From the IMG/VR virus record IMGVR_UViG_3300043036_000032, positions 1 through 38,089 of that record: a DNA stretch of 38,089 nt. One strand, 5' to 3'. The stretch is from a virus (Duplodnaviria; Caudoviricetes). Below, in pieces: positions 8,595 to 15,021 of the stretch. The translations under genes were made by a program, and so were the position numbers. The notes beneath the pieces are model-generated. The model was not told the origin of the DNA. It saw nothing but the letters and a program-made list of their open reading frames with translations, and did not search any database. How positions within the stretch are numbered: position 1 is the first letter of the stretch; every line of letters starts with the position of its first letter.

Positions 8595-8893
8595 CAGCAA
8601 TCGTTTCACACTTCGGTGGTGAAGTAAGAGAAGGCAAGAGCGCATCAGTTAGATGCTGCCTACATAGCGACAGTCGCAGGTCTGCCGTTATCAATACCTA
8701 TGACAACCTGTACTTCTGTCACACCTGCGGCAAGGGTGGCAATGCAGCCAACCTTGTGTGCATACTAGAGAACTTGGAGTTTAATGATGGGCTTAAACGC
8801 GCAGTCGAAATTGCTGCTGGAAGCGGCGCAGCAATACGCACAGGCAATAAGTCCAGAAACTCTAGCCGTCCTAGAAGGACGTGGGATCTCTGA
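8516..8893 (+). CDS. primase zinc-binding domain (CHC2 finger)
   Basis: CCLHSDSRRSA...YFCHTCGKGGN; start position uncertain. Confidence 0.8.
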   Translation: MSAQDWSRVRKAGRYKGAVDANTIPIAAIVSHFGGEVREGKSASVRCCLHSDSRRSAVINTYDNLYFCHTCGKGGNAANLVCILENLEFNDGLKRAVEIAAGSGAAIRTGNKSRNSSRPRRTWDL

Positions 8894-9437
8894 AGAGACA
8901 GCGGGACTGTTTCAGTTAGGGACTATTACTAATCCAATCAACGGACACGAGATGTATGAAGGTTGGTTATCCATCCCTTACATCACAGCATCTGGTGGTT
9001 GTGTTGGCTTTAAGTTCAGACGACTAGATGATGCCAAGCCTAAGTATGGATCTCCTACTGGGCAGAAGGCACACCTGTTTAATGTATGTGACATCACTGT
9101 TGACTCACCACACATCGTTGTGTGCGAGGGTGAACTAGATGCCATCGTTACTAGCGGTGAACTTGGTATCCCAGCAGTGGGTGTGCCAGGTGTAGCAGCC
9201 TGGAAGCCACACTTTCCAAAGCTCTTTGCAGGTTATGAAACTGTCTTTGTTGTTGGTGACAACGACATCAAAGAAGATGGATCTAATCCTGGTGCTGAGT
9301 TTGCTAAGCGCGTGGCGAATGAGGTAATGAACTCACAGATTGTTACACTACCACCAGGTATGGACATCAATGATTACTACTTAGCTAATGGAATTGATGC
9401 CACAAGAAAGTTACTGATAGGGGAGTCGAATGTATGA
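8784..9437 (+). CDS. primase TOPRIM domain protein
   Basis: LSIPY, KFRRL, PKY, VVCEGELDA, GDND and GMDIND motifs. Confidence 0.88.
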   Translation: MMGLNAQSKLLLEAAQQYAQAISPETLAVLEGRGISEETAGLFQLGTITNPINGHEMYEGWLSIPYITASGGCVGFKFRRLDDAKPKYGSPTGQKAHLFNVCDITVDSPHIVVCEGELDAIVTSGELGIPAVGVPGVAAWKPHFPKLFAGYETVFVVGDNDIKEDGSNPGAEFAKRVANEVMNSQIVTLPPGMDINDYYLANGIDATRKLLIGESNV

Positions 9438-9846
9438 TGATGACAAGAAGCGAGTGGGACACGATGCTACAAACTTTGCAGCATTTGGGCTTCCAGATCC
9501 TGAGTTACGATACATCAACGGAAGTAGTATTGATAAAGCCGATAGCGACAAGATAGATTTCAAGCACGTTAAGTTTGTTGCTGATATGTGGGAAATCTTA
9601 GATGGTGCAGGTAACCTGCTCATCAAGAAGCATAAGGACTACGGCCCAACCAACATTAGTCTGTCCCCTGGTGGACCATTGAATGGTCTGCGTGTGCGTA
9701 TGCACGACAAGACTGCACGCATCAACCACTTGATTGATAGCGGTGCAACACCAGAGAACGAGTCATTACGAGATAGCTTCATTGATCTACTGAACTACAG
9801 TGCTATTGCACTGATGGTTTTAGACGGTAAGTGGCCACGTGACTGA
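9430..9846 (+). CDS. nucleotide-modification-associated domain 1 (DUF1599-like) protein
   Basis: KKHKDYG...RMHDKTARI...ESLRDSFIDLLNYS pattern. Confidence 0.75.
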   Translation: MYDDDKKRVGHDATNFAAFGLPDPELRYINGSSIDKADSDKIDFKHVKFVADMWEILDGAGNLLIKKHKDYGPTNISLSPGGPLNGLRVRMHDKTARINHLIDSGATPENESLRDSFIDLLNYSAIALMVLDGKWPRD

Positions 9847-10471
9847 ACTACACCCAGTAATCTATGACCTAGTGCCTAGTGTTGCTAACACTATCCACCG
9901 TAGGTACAACAAGCACGTTGAGAAGGACGACATCAAGCAAGAGCTGATGGCGTGGGCTATGACTAGAGTTGAAGATCACACCATTGATCTAATGGAACCT
10001 ATCGAAGAGCGACGCAAGCACAACGAGCAACGCATAGCGTGGCAGATGAAGCGTGCAGGAGAACGATACGCACGCAAGGAGAAGGCTGCTAAGTCTGGCT
10101 ATCAGACTAATGATGAGTCTTACTACGAGTCAGCTACCCTCGGTCAGTTGCTTCCCTTTGTCATTGCATCCATCATAGATGGAACAGTATTAGAGCAAGC
10201 GCAAGAGATGATTAGAGATGGACAACCTAAAGGTTCATCATCACCGGCAGAAGGTGGCAACCTACTTGCTAACCTTATTGACATCAAGCGTGGCTATCTT
10301 AAGTTAGACCAAGAAGATCAGTCTCTCTTGCGTATGCGCCATCACGAGAGCTTTACCCTGCAACAGATAGCACAGGTATTAGAGTGCGCTATCTCTACTG
10401 CAGATCGTAGATGTTCTCAGGCTTTGCGTAGGTTGCAGGATAATCTAGGTGGTGTATCACCGTGGCAATGA
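9839..10471 (+). CDS. sigma factor-like protein (sigma70 region 2/4-like)
   Basis: DDIKQE region-2-like segment and a C-terminal HTH FTLQQIAQVLECAISTADRRCSQALRRL. Confidence 0.7.
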   Translation: MTELHPVIYDLVPSVANTIHRRYNKHVEKDDIKQELMAWAMTRVEDHTIDLMEPIEERRKHNEQRIAWQMKRAGERYARKEKAAKSGYQTNDESYYESATLGQLLPFVIASIIDGTVLEQAQEMIRDGQPKGSSSPAEGGNLLANLIDIKRGYLKLDQEDQSLLRMRHHESFTLQQIAQVLECAISTADRRCSQALRRLQDNLGGVSPWQ

Positions 10472-10851
10472 ACGAAGAGTTATTGTTTACCTTCCTGCGT
10501 GAAGGTTTCTATCCGGACCTTGAGAAAGCACCAGGTATCTATGATGCCTTCGACTGTATCTCACACCAAGCAGGTCACTACATAGAGTTGAAGTGTCGTC
10601 ACACCCACTATCCCACGTTACTGATAGAGGAGATGAAGTATCGCAAGCTGATAACACAAGCAGCAGAGCGAGATCTTATCCCCTACTACATTAACTCGAC
10701 ACCGCAAGGTGTCTTTTCTTTTGACTTGATGGATGTACCAGAACCTGAGTGGTTGAACCATTGGATGCCAGCAACTACAGAGTTCTCACGTTCTAATAAG
10801 GTCAGTAAGTTAGTAGGTTATCTACCAATCGAAGAGGCGGTGCAGCTCTAA
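10468..10851 (+). CDS. PD-(D/E)XK-fold nuclease-like protein
   Basis: YDAFDC...YIELKCR motif. Confidence 0.6.
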   Translation: MNEELLFTFLREGFYPDLEKAPGIYDAFDCISHQAGHYIELKCRHTHYPTLLIEEMKYRKLITQAAERDLIPYYINSTPQGVFSFDLMDVPEPEWLNHWMPATTEFSRSNKVSKLVGYLPIEEAVQL

Positions 10852-11024
10852 TGCAGTATGACTATCGTTGCCCTGAGTGCAACAGCGTATTAACTATTGA
10901 ACGTTCTATCCACGAGACACCACGTGAACCTTCTTGCTTTGACTGCCACATACCAATGGTGCGTAAGTGGGACTCACCTGGCGTTACCTTTAAGGGTAAA
11001 GGATTTTACTCTACTGGCGGATAG
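10851..11024 (+). CDS. FmdB-like zinc-ribbon protein (57 aa)
   Basis: Hand-translated MQYDYRCPEC...CFDC...FKGKGFYSTGG; TAATG coupling. Confidence 0.8.
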   Translation: MQYDYRCPECNSVLTIERSIHETPREPSCFDCHIPMVRKWDSPGVTFKGKGFYSTGG

Positions 11025-11074
11025 TGTTATGATTTATGTACCTCGGCAGCAAGTCGCTGAGAGTGCTGGCAACA

Positions 11075-11110
11075 AGCTCTAGTCTTAATTGGCTAGGGCT
11101 TTTTGTCTTT
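11075..11110 (+). terminator. intrinsic terminator of the replication operon
   Basis: AGCTCTAGTC-TTAATT-GGCTAGGGCT stem followed by TTTTGTCTTT. Confidence 0.8.
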
Positions 11111-11154
11111 GGGAAAGCAGAAACCCCACCAGTTCCCGTCCTGATGGGGCTTCT
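11111..11154 (-). terminator. terminator hairpin of the leftward operon
   Basis: On the minus strand AGAAGCCCCATCAG/CTGGTGGGGTTTCT forms 14 bp including G-U pairs, just after the methyltransferase stop. Confidence 0.7.
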
Positions 11155-11173
11155 ATTGTGCTAAGGAAAAGGG

Positions 11174-11491
11174 TTAGGAAACCTTAGCCACATCTACTAT
11201 GTTCTGCACTATCCACTCTACCACAGGTACAGCTACAGCATTACCCATTTGCTTGTACCTAGTTGAGTCTGATTGTCCAGCAGTCCAGTCATCAGGGAAA
11301 CCCTGCAGTCTTTCACACTCTACTGGAGTTAAGCGGCGTACACTAGGTAGTGCGATGATTGTGGTTCGCACATCACCATTATCAAATGCGTTAAGCGTTG
11401 GCATTACTCCTCCTTCAATCCAAGTCTCGTAGTCATCCACATTCTGTGCTCGCCTACTCTTTGTGAACCACAAGGTTTTCACTTCCTCCAC
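11174..11491 (-). CDS. C5 cytosine methyltransferase, C-terminal part (motifs IX-X)
   Basis: RRLTPVECERLQGFPDDWT and RYKQMGNAVAVPVV. Start uncertain; a TTG before WFTKS is plausible. Confidence 0.8.
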   Translation of the reverse strand: MEEVKTLWFTKSRRAQNVDDYETWIEGGVMPTLNAFDNGDVRTTIIALPSVRRLTPVECERLQGFPDDWTAGQSDSTRYKQMGNAVAVPVVEWIVQNIVDVAKVS

Positions 11492-12266
11492 CTAGATCGC
11501 CACCATTGGCACGCAAGGTGCCAACTCCTTCTGTGTATCCACCAAAGGATGATGAAGTAACAACCACATTATCTTCAGGTCTCTTGTATGTAGTAGCAGT
11601 AAGTGTTGTTACTCCTGGTGTGTACTTGGCAAAGCCTGTTTGACCAAAGCTTTCTTGAGTACTTCCGGTAGTTCCTTGCCTCGCTTGCTTGCTCTGCGTA
11701 AGATCCCTTCGCAAGCCTTCTGACTTAAAGAGTATTTCGGCAACGCTTGAGTGAGAAGTACGTCGCCCAACGACGAAGACTCTACGCCTGCGCTGGGGTA
11801 CTCCGAAGTGTTGAGCATCAAGCACACGCCATCCGACAGAATACCCGAGGTCGGCCATCGTCCCGAGGACGACTCCAAAATCTTTTCCTTCGTTACTGGA
11901 TAGCAAACCAGGTACGTTTTCGAGGATGAAGTATTCTGTTTGCGTTTCTTCCACAAGTCTTGCAATCTCCCAGAATAACCCGCTTCTTGCGCCAGCAAGA
12001 CCAGCTCTTTTGCCAGCAACGCTGAGGTCTTGGCAGGGAAATCCTCCTGTAATAATTCCTGTGCTTGGTGTAAATCCTGCATTGATTAAGTCCTCTCCCT
12101 TTACTGTGGTTACATCTGTGAATTGTGTTGCGTCAGGAAAATGGTTAGCCAGTACCTGATTGCAGTTCTTATCTATCTCTACGCTGGCAACAACCTTTAC
12201 TCCTTGTCGTTGCATAGCTAAGTCAAAGCCACCTACACCTGCGAATAAACTAACGCCTGTTAACAT
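11454..12266 (-). CDS. C5 cytosine methyltransferase, N-terminal part (motifs I-VIII plus variable region)
   Basis: SLFAGVGG, GGFPCQDLS, ENVPGL and FGVPQRRRRVF motifs. ATG 12266 is TGATG-coupled to the upstream gene. Confidence 0.9.
   Translation of the reverse strand: MLTGVSLFAGVGGFDLAMQRQGVKVVASVEIDKNCNQVLANHFPDATQFTDVTTVKGEDLINAGFTPSTGIITGGFPCQDLSVAGKRAGLAGARSGLFWEIARLVEETQTEYFILENVPGLLSSNEGKDFGVVLGTMADLGYSVGWRVLDAQHFGVPQRRRRVFVVGRRTSHSSVAEILFKSEGLRRDLTQSKQARQGTTGSTQESFGQTGFAKYTPGVTTLTATTYKRPEDNVVVTSSSFGGYTEGVGTLRANGGDLGGGSENLVVHKE
11609..12082 (-). CDS. alternative-frame ORF nested in the methyltransferase gene (possible beta subunit)
   Basis: 157 open codons in the +1 frame, with KYSLSQKACEGILRRASKRGKELP, a motif I associate with nested ORFs of C5 methyltransferases. 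Confidence 0.5.
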   Translation of the reverse strand: MQDLHQAQELLQEDFPAKTSALLAKELVLLAQEAGYSGRLQDLWKKRKQNTSSSKTYLVCYPVTKEKILESSSGRWPTSGILSDGVCLMLNTSEYPSAGVESSSLGDVLLTQALPKYSLSQKACEGILRRASKRGKELPEVLKKALVKQALPSTHQE

Positions 12267-12703
12267 CAGTACCACCCTCTTCTATCGGAGTGGCTAAGAG
12301 CGCGGCACGCACTCCCTGAGTAGCGGTGAGCAAGGTATCTAATACCGTGGAGGATTTGTAATTCAGGTTGGCTACTACGCTCTCTAAGGAGTTGAGCAAT
12401 TCCGTAAGCTGACGAAGCTGGTTTACCCGAAGAGTCTCTTGGGCGAGCAAGGTGGTCGAACCTGGACTCACGGGTCCAAAGGCTGATAAGGCAGTTGATC
12501 TGATTGTCGTTGTATCCGAGTGCTCTTGCGTAACTAATCGTAAGTGCCTTGTTTTCACGCTTCTCCTCCATTGTAGCCTTCGTCCGAGCTATCATAATCG
12601 GTACGTCCTGCGACATCGGGGACGGCGTTCGCCCGTGTACGTGTAGTAATAGTAAGACGAGTATTGTCAGCAATACCGATCCACTTTTTGCCTTGTTGCT
12701 CAT
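12266..12703 (-). CDS. secreted or membrane-anchored lytic transglycosylase (SLT-like, actinobacterial type)
   Basis: N-terminal hydrophobic segment; CLISLWTRES (catalytic Glu), SSAYGIAQ, YLAHRY and terminal GWY. Confidence 0.82.
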   Translation of the reverse strand: MSNKAKSGSVLLTILVLLLLHVHGRTPSPMSQDVPIMIARTKATMEEKRENKALTISYARALGYNDNQINCLISLWTRESRFDHLARPRDSSGKPASSAYGIAQLLRERSSQPELQILHGIRYLAHRYSGSACRALSHSDRRGWY

Positions 12704-12842
12704 CTACTTCTCTCTCTTCCACAAGCAGTTGCCTGTATTCGTCAGCGTATAGGTGAGACAAGCGGATTAGTGCTCGGTCTCTTGCTCTTCGATAGTTGCG
12801 GTACTCAATGGCCTGTTTCCCACTTACCTCTTTACTCTCCAT
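12555..12842 (-). CDS. hypothetical protein
   Basis: Start refined to ATG 12842 after GGAGG. Overlaps the transglycosylase gene by 149 nt. Confidence 0.55.
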   Translation of the reverse strand: MESKEVSGKQAIEYRNYRRARDRALIRLSHLYADEYRQLLVEEREVDEQQGKKWIGIADNTRLTITTRTRANAVPDVAGRTDYDSSDEGYNGGEA

Positions 12843-12915
12843 TGATCTTGTCCTCCCACACAATAAGCACATAGACTACCACCATCACTACTGCCAAACC
12901 TAGCCAGTAGCTCAT
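12832..12915 (-). CDS. 27-aa single-TM peptide
   Basis: Hand-translated MSYWLGLAVVMVVVYVLIVWEDKINGE; GGGAGGT RBS; ATGA overlap. Confidence 0.55.
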   Translation of the reverse strand: MSYWLGLAVVMVVVYVLIVWEDKINGE

Positions 12916-13163
12916 AGTCCTACCTCCCTTGCCTGTTGAATAATCTCTGTTATGTCTATCGTCTGCCCTACTAGGTGAGCGTCCTCTTCATCACTATCCC
13001 ACGCTGATACCAATAGGCGTGAGCCTACCGGTGCGAGGAATAGCCACTGCATAGCATCTTTGGCTTCTCCTCCTCCCCAACGGATACCATTATTAGGCTC
13101 TATAATTTCATAGAATAGGATTAGGTCAGACTTAGGCGGGTGAATTGTGTATACGTTACTCAC
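12912..13163 (-). CDS. hypothetical protein
   Basis: Start refined to GTG 13163 after GGAGGAGG. Confidence 0.65.
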   Translation of the reverse strand: MSNVYTIHPPKSDLILFYEIIEPNNGIRWGGGEAKDAMQWLFLAPVGSRLLVSAWDSDEEDAHLVGQTIDITEIIQQAREVGL

Positions 13164-13314
13164 TGTCCTCCTCCTCAAACCCAAATAGCTGTGAGAGCGC
13201 ACTATTGGCACGCTTGAGGTTCTTGATGGCTTCTGCTATCTCCTCCTCCTTGATGTTCTTTTCAGCTTGGTTTATGCACAGGTCAAACTTAGCTTCTAAG
13301 TATTCTTTATTCAC
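13156..13314 (-). CDS. hypothetical helical protein (52 aa)
   Basis: Hand-translated (M)NKEYLEAKFDLCINQAEK...; GTGA overlap with the upstream gene. Confidence 0.6.
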   Translation of the reverse strand: MNKEYLEAKFDLCINQAEKNIKEEEIAEAIKNLKRANSALSQLFGFEEEDSE

Positions 13315-13454
13315 TTGCTTACCCTCTTTCCGTATCGTCTATCGTGTAAAGCGCGGTAACTCTTTACCCATTTACCTACGCAATTAGGGCAGGTTCCCAG
13401 CCCACTTAGTTGTTCTGTTGGTATCTCAATACTGCAATCTGCACACTTACTCAT
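13311..13454 (-). CDS. small zinc-finger protein (47 aa)
   Basis: Hand-translated MSKCADC...TCPNC; GAGGGAG RBS. Confidence 0.6.
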   Translation of the reverse strand: MSKCADCSIEIPTEQLSGLGTCPNCVGKWVKSYRALHDRRYGKRVSK

Positions 13455-13557
13455 TACTCTCTCCCTCTTTCTCTTCTAGTGTGTCGAACTCTGGCGCTAA
13501 CTCTTCCTGTTCTTCTTCGTAAAACTCTGGCTCATTCCAATCTGGTTCATATCCCAT
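13447..13557 (-). CDS. highly acidic peptide (36 aa)
   Basis: Hand-translated MGYEPDWNEPEFYEEEQEELAPEFDTLEEKEGESNE; AAGGAGG RBS; TGATG coupling. Confidence 0.6.
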   Translation of the reverse strand: MGYEPDWNEPEFYEEEQEELAPEFDTLEEKEGESNE

Positions 13558-13715
13558 CACTTGCCCTCCTTCTCACAGTTTAATAAGTCCTCGCACCATT
13601 CCCAGCCCGTGCCAGTCCATAGAAGATGACTCGCCACCTCCCACAGCCCCCACACAGCCAGCCCTACCAGGATCCCGGCCACTAGCCAGCCTCTCGGCGT
13701 TATGTATTGAGTCAT
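13557..13715 (-). CDS. small Trp-rich membrane protein (52 aa)
   Basis: Hand-translated MTQYITPRGWLVAGILVGLAVWGLWEV...; GGAGGT RBS; ATGA overlap. Confidence 0.6.
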   Translation of the reverse strand: MTQYITPRGWLVAGILVGLAVWGLWEVASHLLWTGTGWEWCEDLLNCEKEGK

Positions 13716-13891
13716 TCACCCACCTCCGCCATAATTAGGCTGTGCAGTTCTGTCGTGTATTCGACACCATCTCCCTCGCCGTTTACTGGCTCCTCAATCT
13801 GTGCAATTAGTTGCAGTTGTAAAGCTCCGAGTTCGTCCTCGGTAAGTTCGCGGTCTGTGTAAAAGTCAATCGTTAGGCTGTAGCGTTTCAT
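13712..13891 (-). CDS. hypothetical acidic protein
   Basis: Start refined to ATG 13891 (TAATG coupling). Confidence 0.65.
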   Translation of the reverse strand: MKRYSLTIDFYTDRELTEDELGALQLQLIAQIEEPVNGEGDGVEYTTELHSLIMAEVGE

Positions 13892-14256
13892 TAAATCCAC
13901 CCTTGCTTTAGTGCATAGCCCGCACGTTCTTGCCCCGCGAACAGTACGCTTGAGAGGTTATACACAAGATGGAATCCCATATCCATTCCCGCGCCGTTTA
14001 CCTTTATAACGCGGTGTCCCTTGTTCTCGCTCACTTTCTCGCCCATAGCGTGCGCGGCGTAGTAGGTGATATCAATAATCTCATCACCTTGAGCAATTAC
14101 TAAGGAGATGTTTCGGGTCATTCCGCTTTCGCTACGGCTACGCAAAATTGTGTAGACCTTAGCCCCCTCCGTTAAGTAGTGAGTGAGGAGGTGTTCTTTT
14201 GCATAATCGCGGTCTAGTTGTGCCTGTGCTTTCTTGCTTATTGTTGCTGTTGTCAT
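13891..14256 (-). CDS. hypothetical early protein
   Basis: 121 aa, AGGAGG RBS. VYTILR...SGMTR...GAGMDMGFHLVY looks like a conserved phage early-protein pattern. Confidence 0.75.
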   Translation of the reverse strand: MTTATISKKAQAQLDRDYAKEHLLTHYLTEGAKVYTILRSRSESGMTRNISLVIAQGDEIIDITYYAAHAMGEKVSENKGHRVIKVNGAGMDMGFHLVYNLSSVLFAGQERAGYALKQGWI

Positions 14257-14511
14257 TTATTTTGCCTCCTGTAGTTGCTTGATATATACCTTGTATTGAC
14301 CTAGTTGAAATTGTAATCCCTTGGCTGTTGCATTTGATTTGCGCCCGATTTTGATTGGATTGAATGAGGCCCAAGAGAAAACGTCGGTAAGGTGTAAACC
14401 CTTTTCATCTTGCATAACCGCGTAGCGATTGTCTAACATTAGGAAATCGCGGTCAAAATACTTAGAATCTATGTTTAATTCTTGCGCTAATTCCTTGAGT
14501 GTTTTAGCCAT
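14257..14511 (-). CDS. hypothetical protein, first gene of the leftward operon
   Basis: Start refined to ATG 14511 after GAAAGGG. Confidence 0.7.
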   Translation of the reverse strand: MAKTLKELAQELNIDSKYFDRDFLMLDNRYAVMQDEKGLHLTDVFSWASFNPIKIGRKSNATAKGLQFQLGQYKVYIKQLQEAK

Positions 14512-14557
14512 TTGTAACCCTTTCGTAAACTCAGCTCGTGATTGAGTTGATGGTGTA

Positions 14558-14585
14558 AGTATACACGTACTATACCGTATTGCAA
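14558..14585 (-). promoter_or_regulatory. primary-sigma promoter for the leftward operon
   Basis: TTGCAA-N16-TATACT about 45 nt upstream of ATG 14511. An AACTCA/TGAGTT hairpin lies in the leader. Confidence 0.65.
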
Positions 14586-14603
14586 CAACACAACACCAAA
14601 ACA

Positions 14604-14620
14604 GGTAACGATTAGGTAAC
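14604..14620 (-). promoter_or_regulatory. GTTACC-N5-GTTACC direct repeat (MtrA/GlnR-type site)
   Basis: 11-bp-period repeat just upstream of the -35 element of the leftward promoter. Confidence 0.5.
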
Positions 14621-14834
14621 GCTTTCAGGTGGCAACCGGTAGACAATTGCCCGCATTATGTCAAGGCACGAGCTAGATGTTACCAGGGTCAGGGCTTGAG
14701 TAACTTAGGATCTAATCCATAACGGCAGGGGATTGGGTCACCTGTTCGGGCTGTTAGGTCATTGTTAAATTGTGGGAATGTATGGGGTATAGCGTGCCGT
14801 AAGTAGAGTCTGCCCCTGCAATCTTTCCAATAAC

Positions 14835-14869
14835 TTATCCACAGGCAGGCAGAGTTATCCACAGGCAGG
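14835..14869 (+). repeat. two 15-bp direct repeats, each containing a perfect DnaA box TTATCCACA
   Basis: TTATCCACAGGCAGG at 14835 and 14855, 20-bp period, in non-coding DNA. Confidence 0.8.
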
Positions 14870-14911
14870 GCAGGGCTGACCAGTCTGACCGCTAACGACC
14901 ACCCCCCGTTG

Positions 14912-14940
14912 TTGAATTGGGCGGGCGGTGTCTGTATACT
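14912..14940 (+). promoter_or_regulatory. primary-sigma promoter facing the packaging/structural operon
   Basis: TTGAAT-N17-TATACT. Confidence 0.55.
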
Positions 14941-15005
14941 CCCCAACAAAAAATATTTGCTAAAGTGAAAGCTGTAATATGCCTCTGACCTGCGGTTATA
15001 TATAC

Positions 15006-15021
15006 TGTGTCACAGATCACA
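15006..15021. promoter_or_regulatory. CRP/GlxR-like site
   Basis: TGTGT-N6-TCACA, one mismatch from TGTGA-N6-TCACA. Confidence 0.4.

Noticed and set aside
12250-12558. 102-aa alternative-frame ORF within the transglycosylase gene
   Set aside because: No recognisable motif, and the overlapping frame already has clear SLT motifs; unsupported without conservation data.
14689-14949. 86-aa minus-strand ORF in the control region
   Set aside because: No convincing RBS or protein-like features, and it overlaps the DnaA boxes and promoter motifs.
14985-14995. CTGACCTGCGG motif
   Set aside because: Reminiscent of a motif frequent in actinobacterial intergenic DNA, but I saw one copy here and cannot assign a function.
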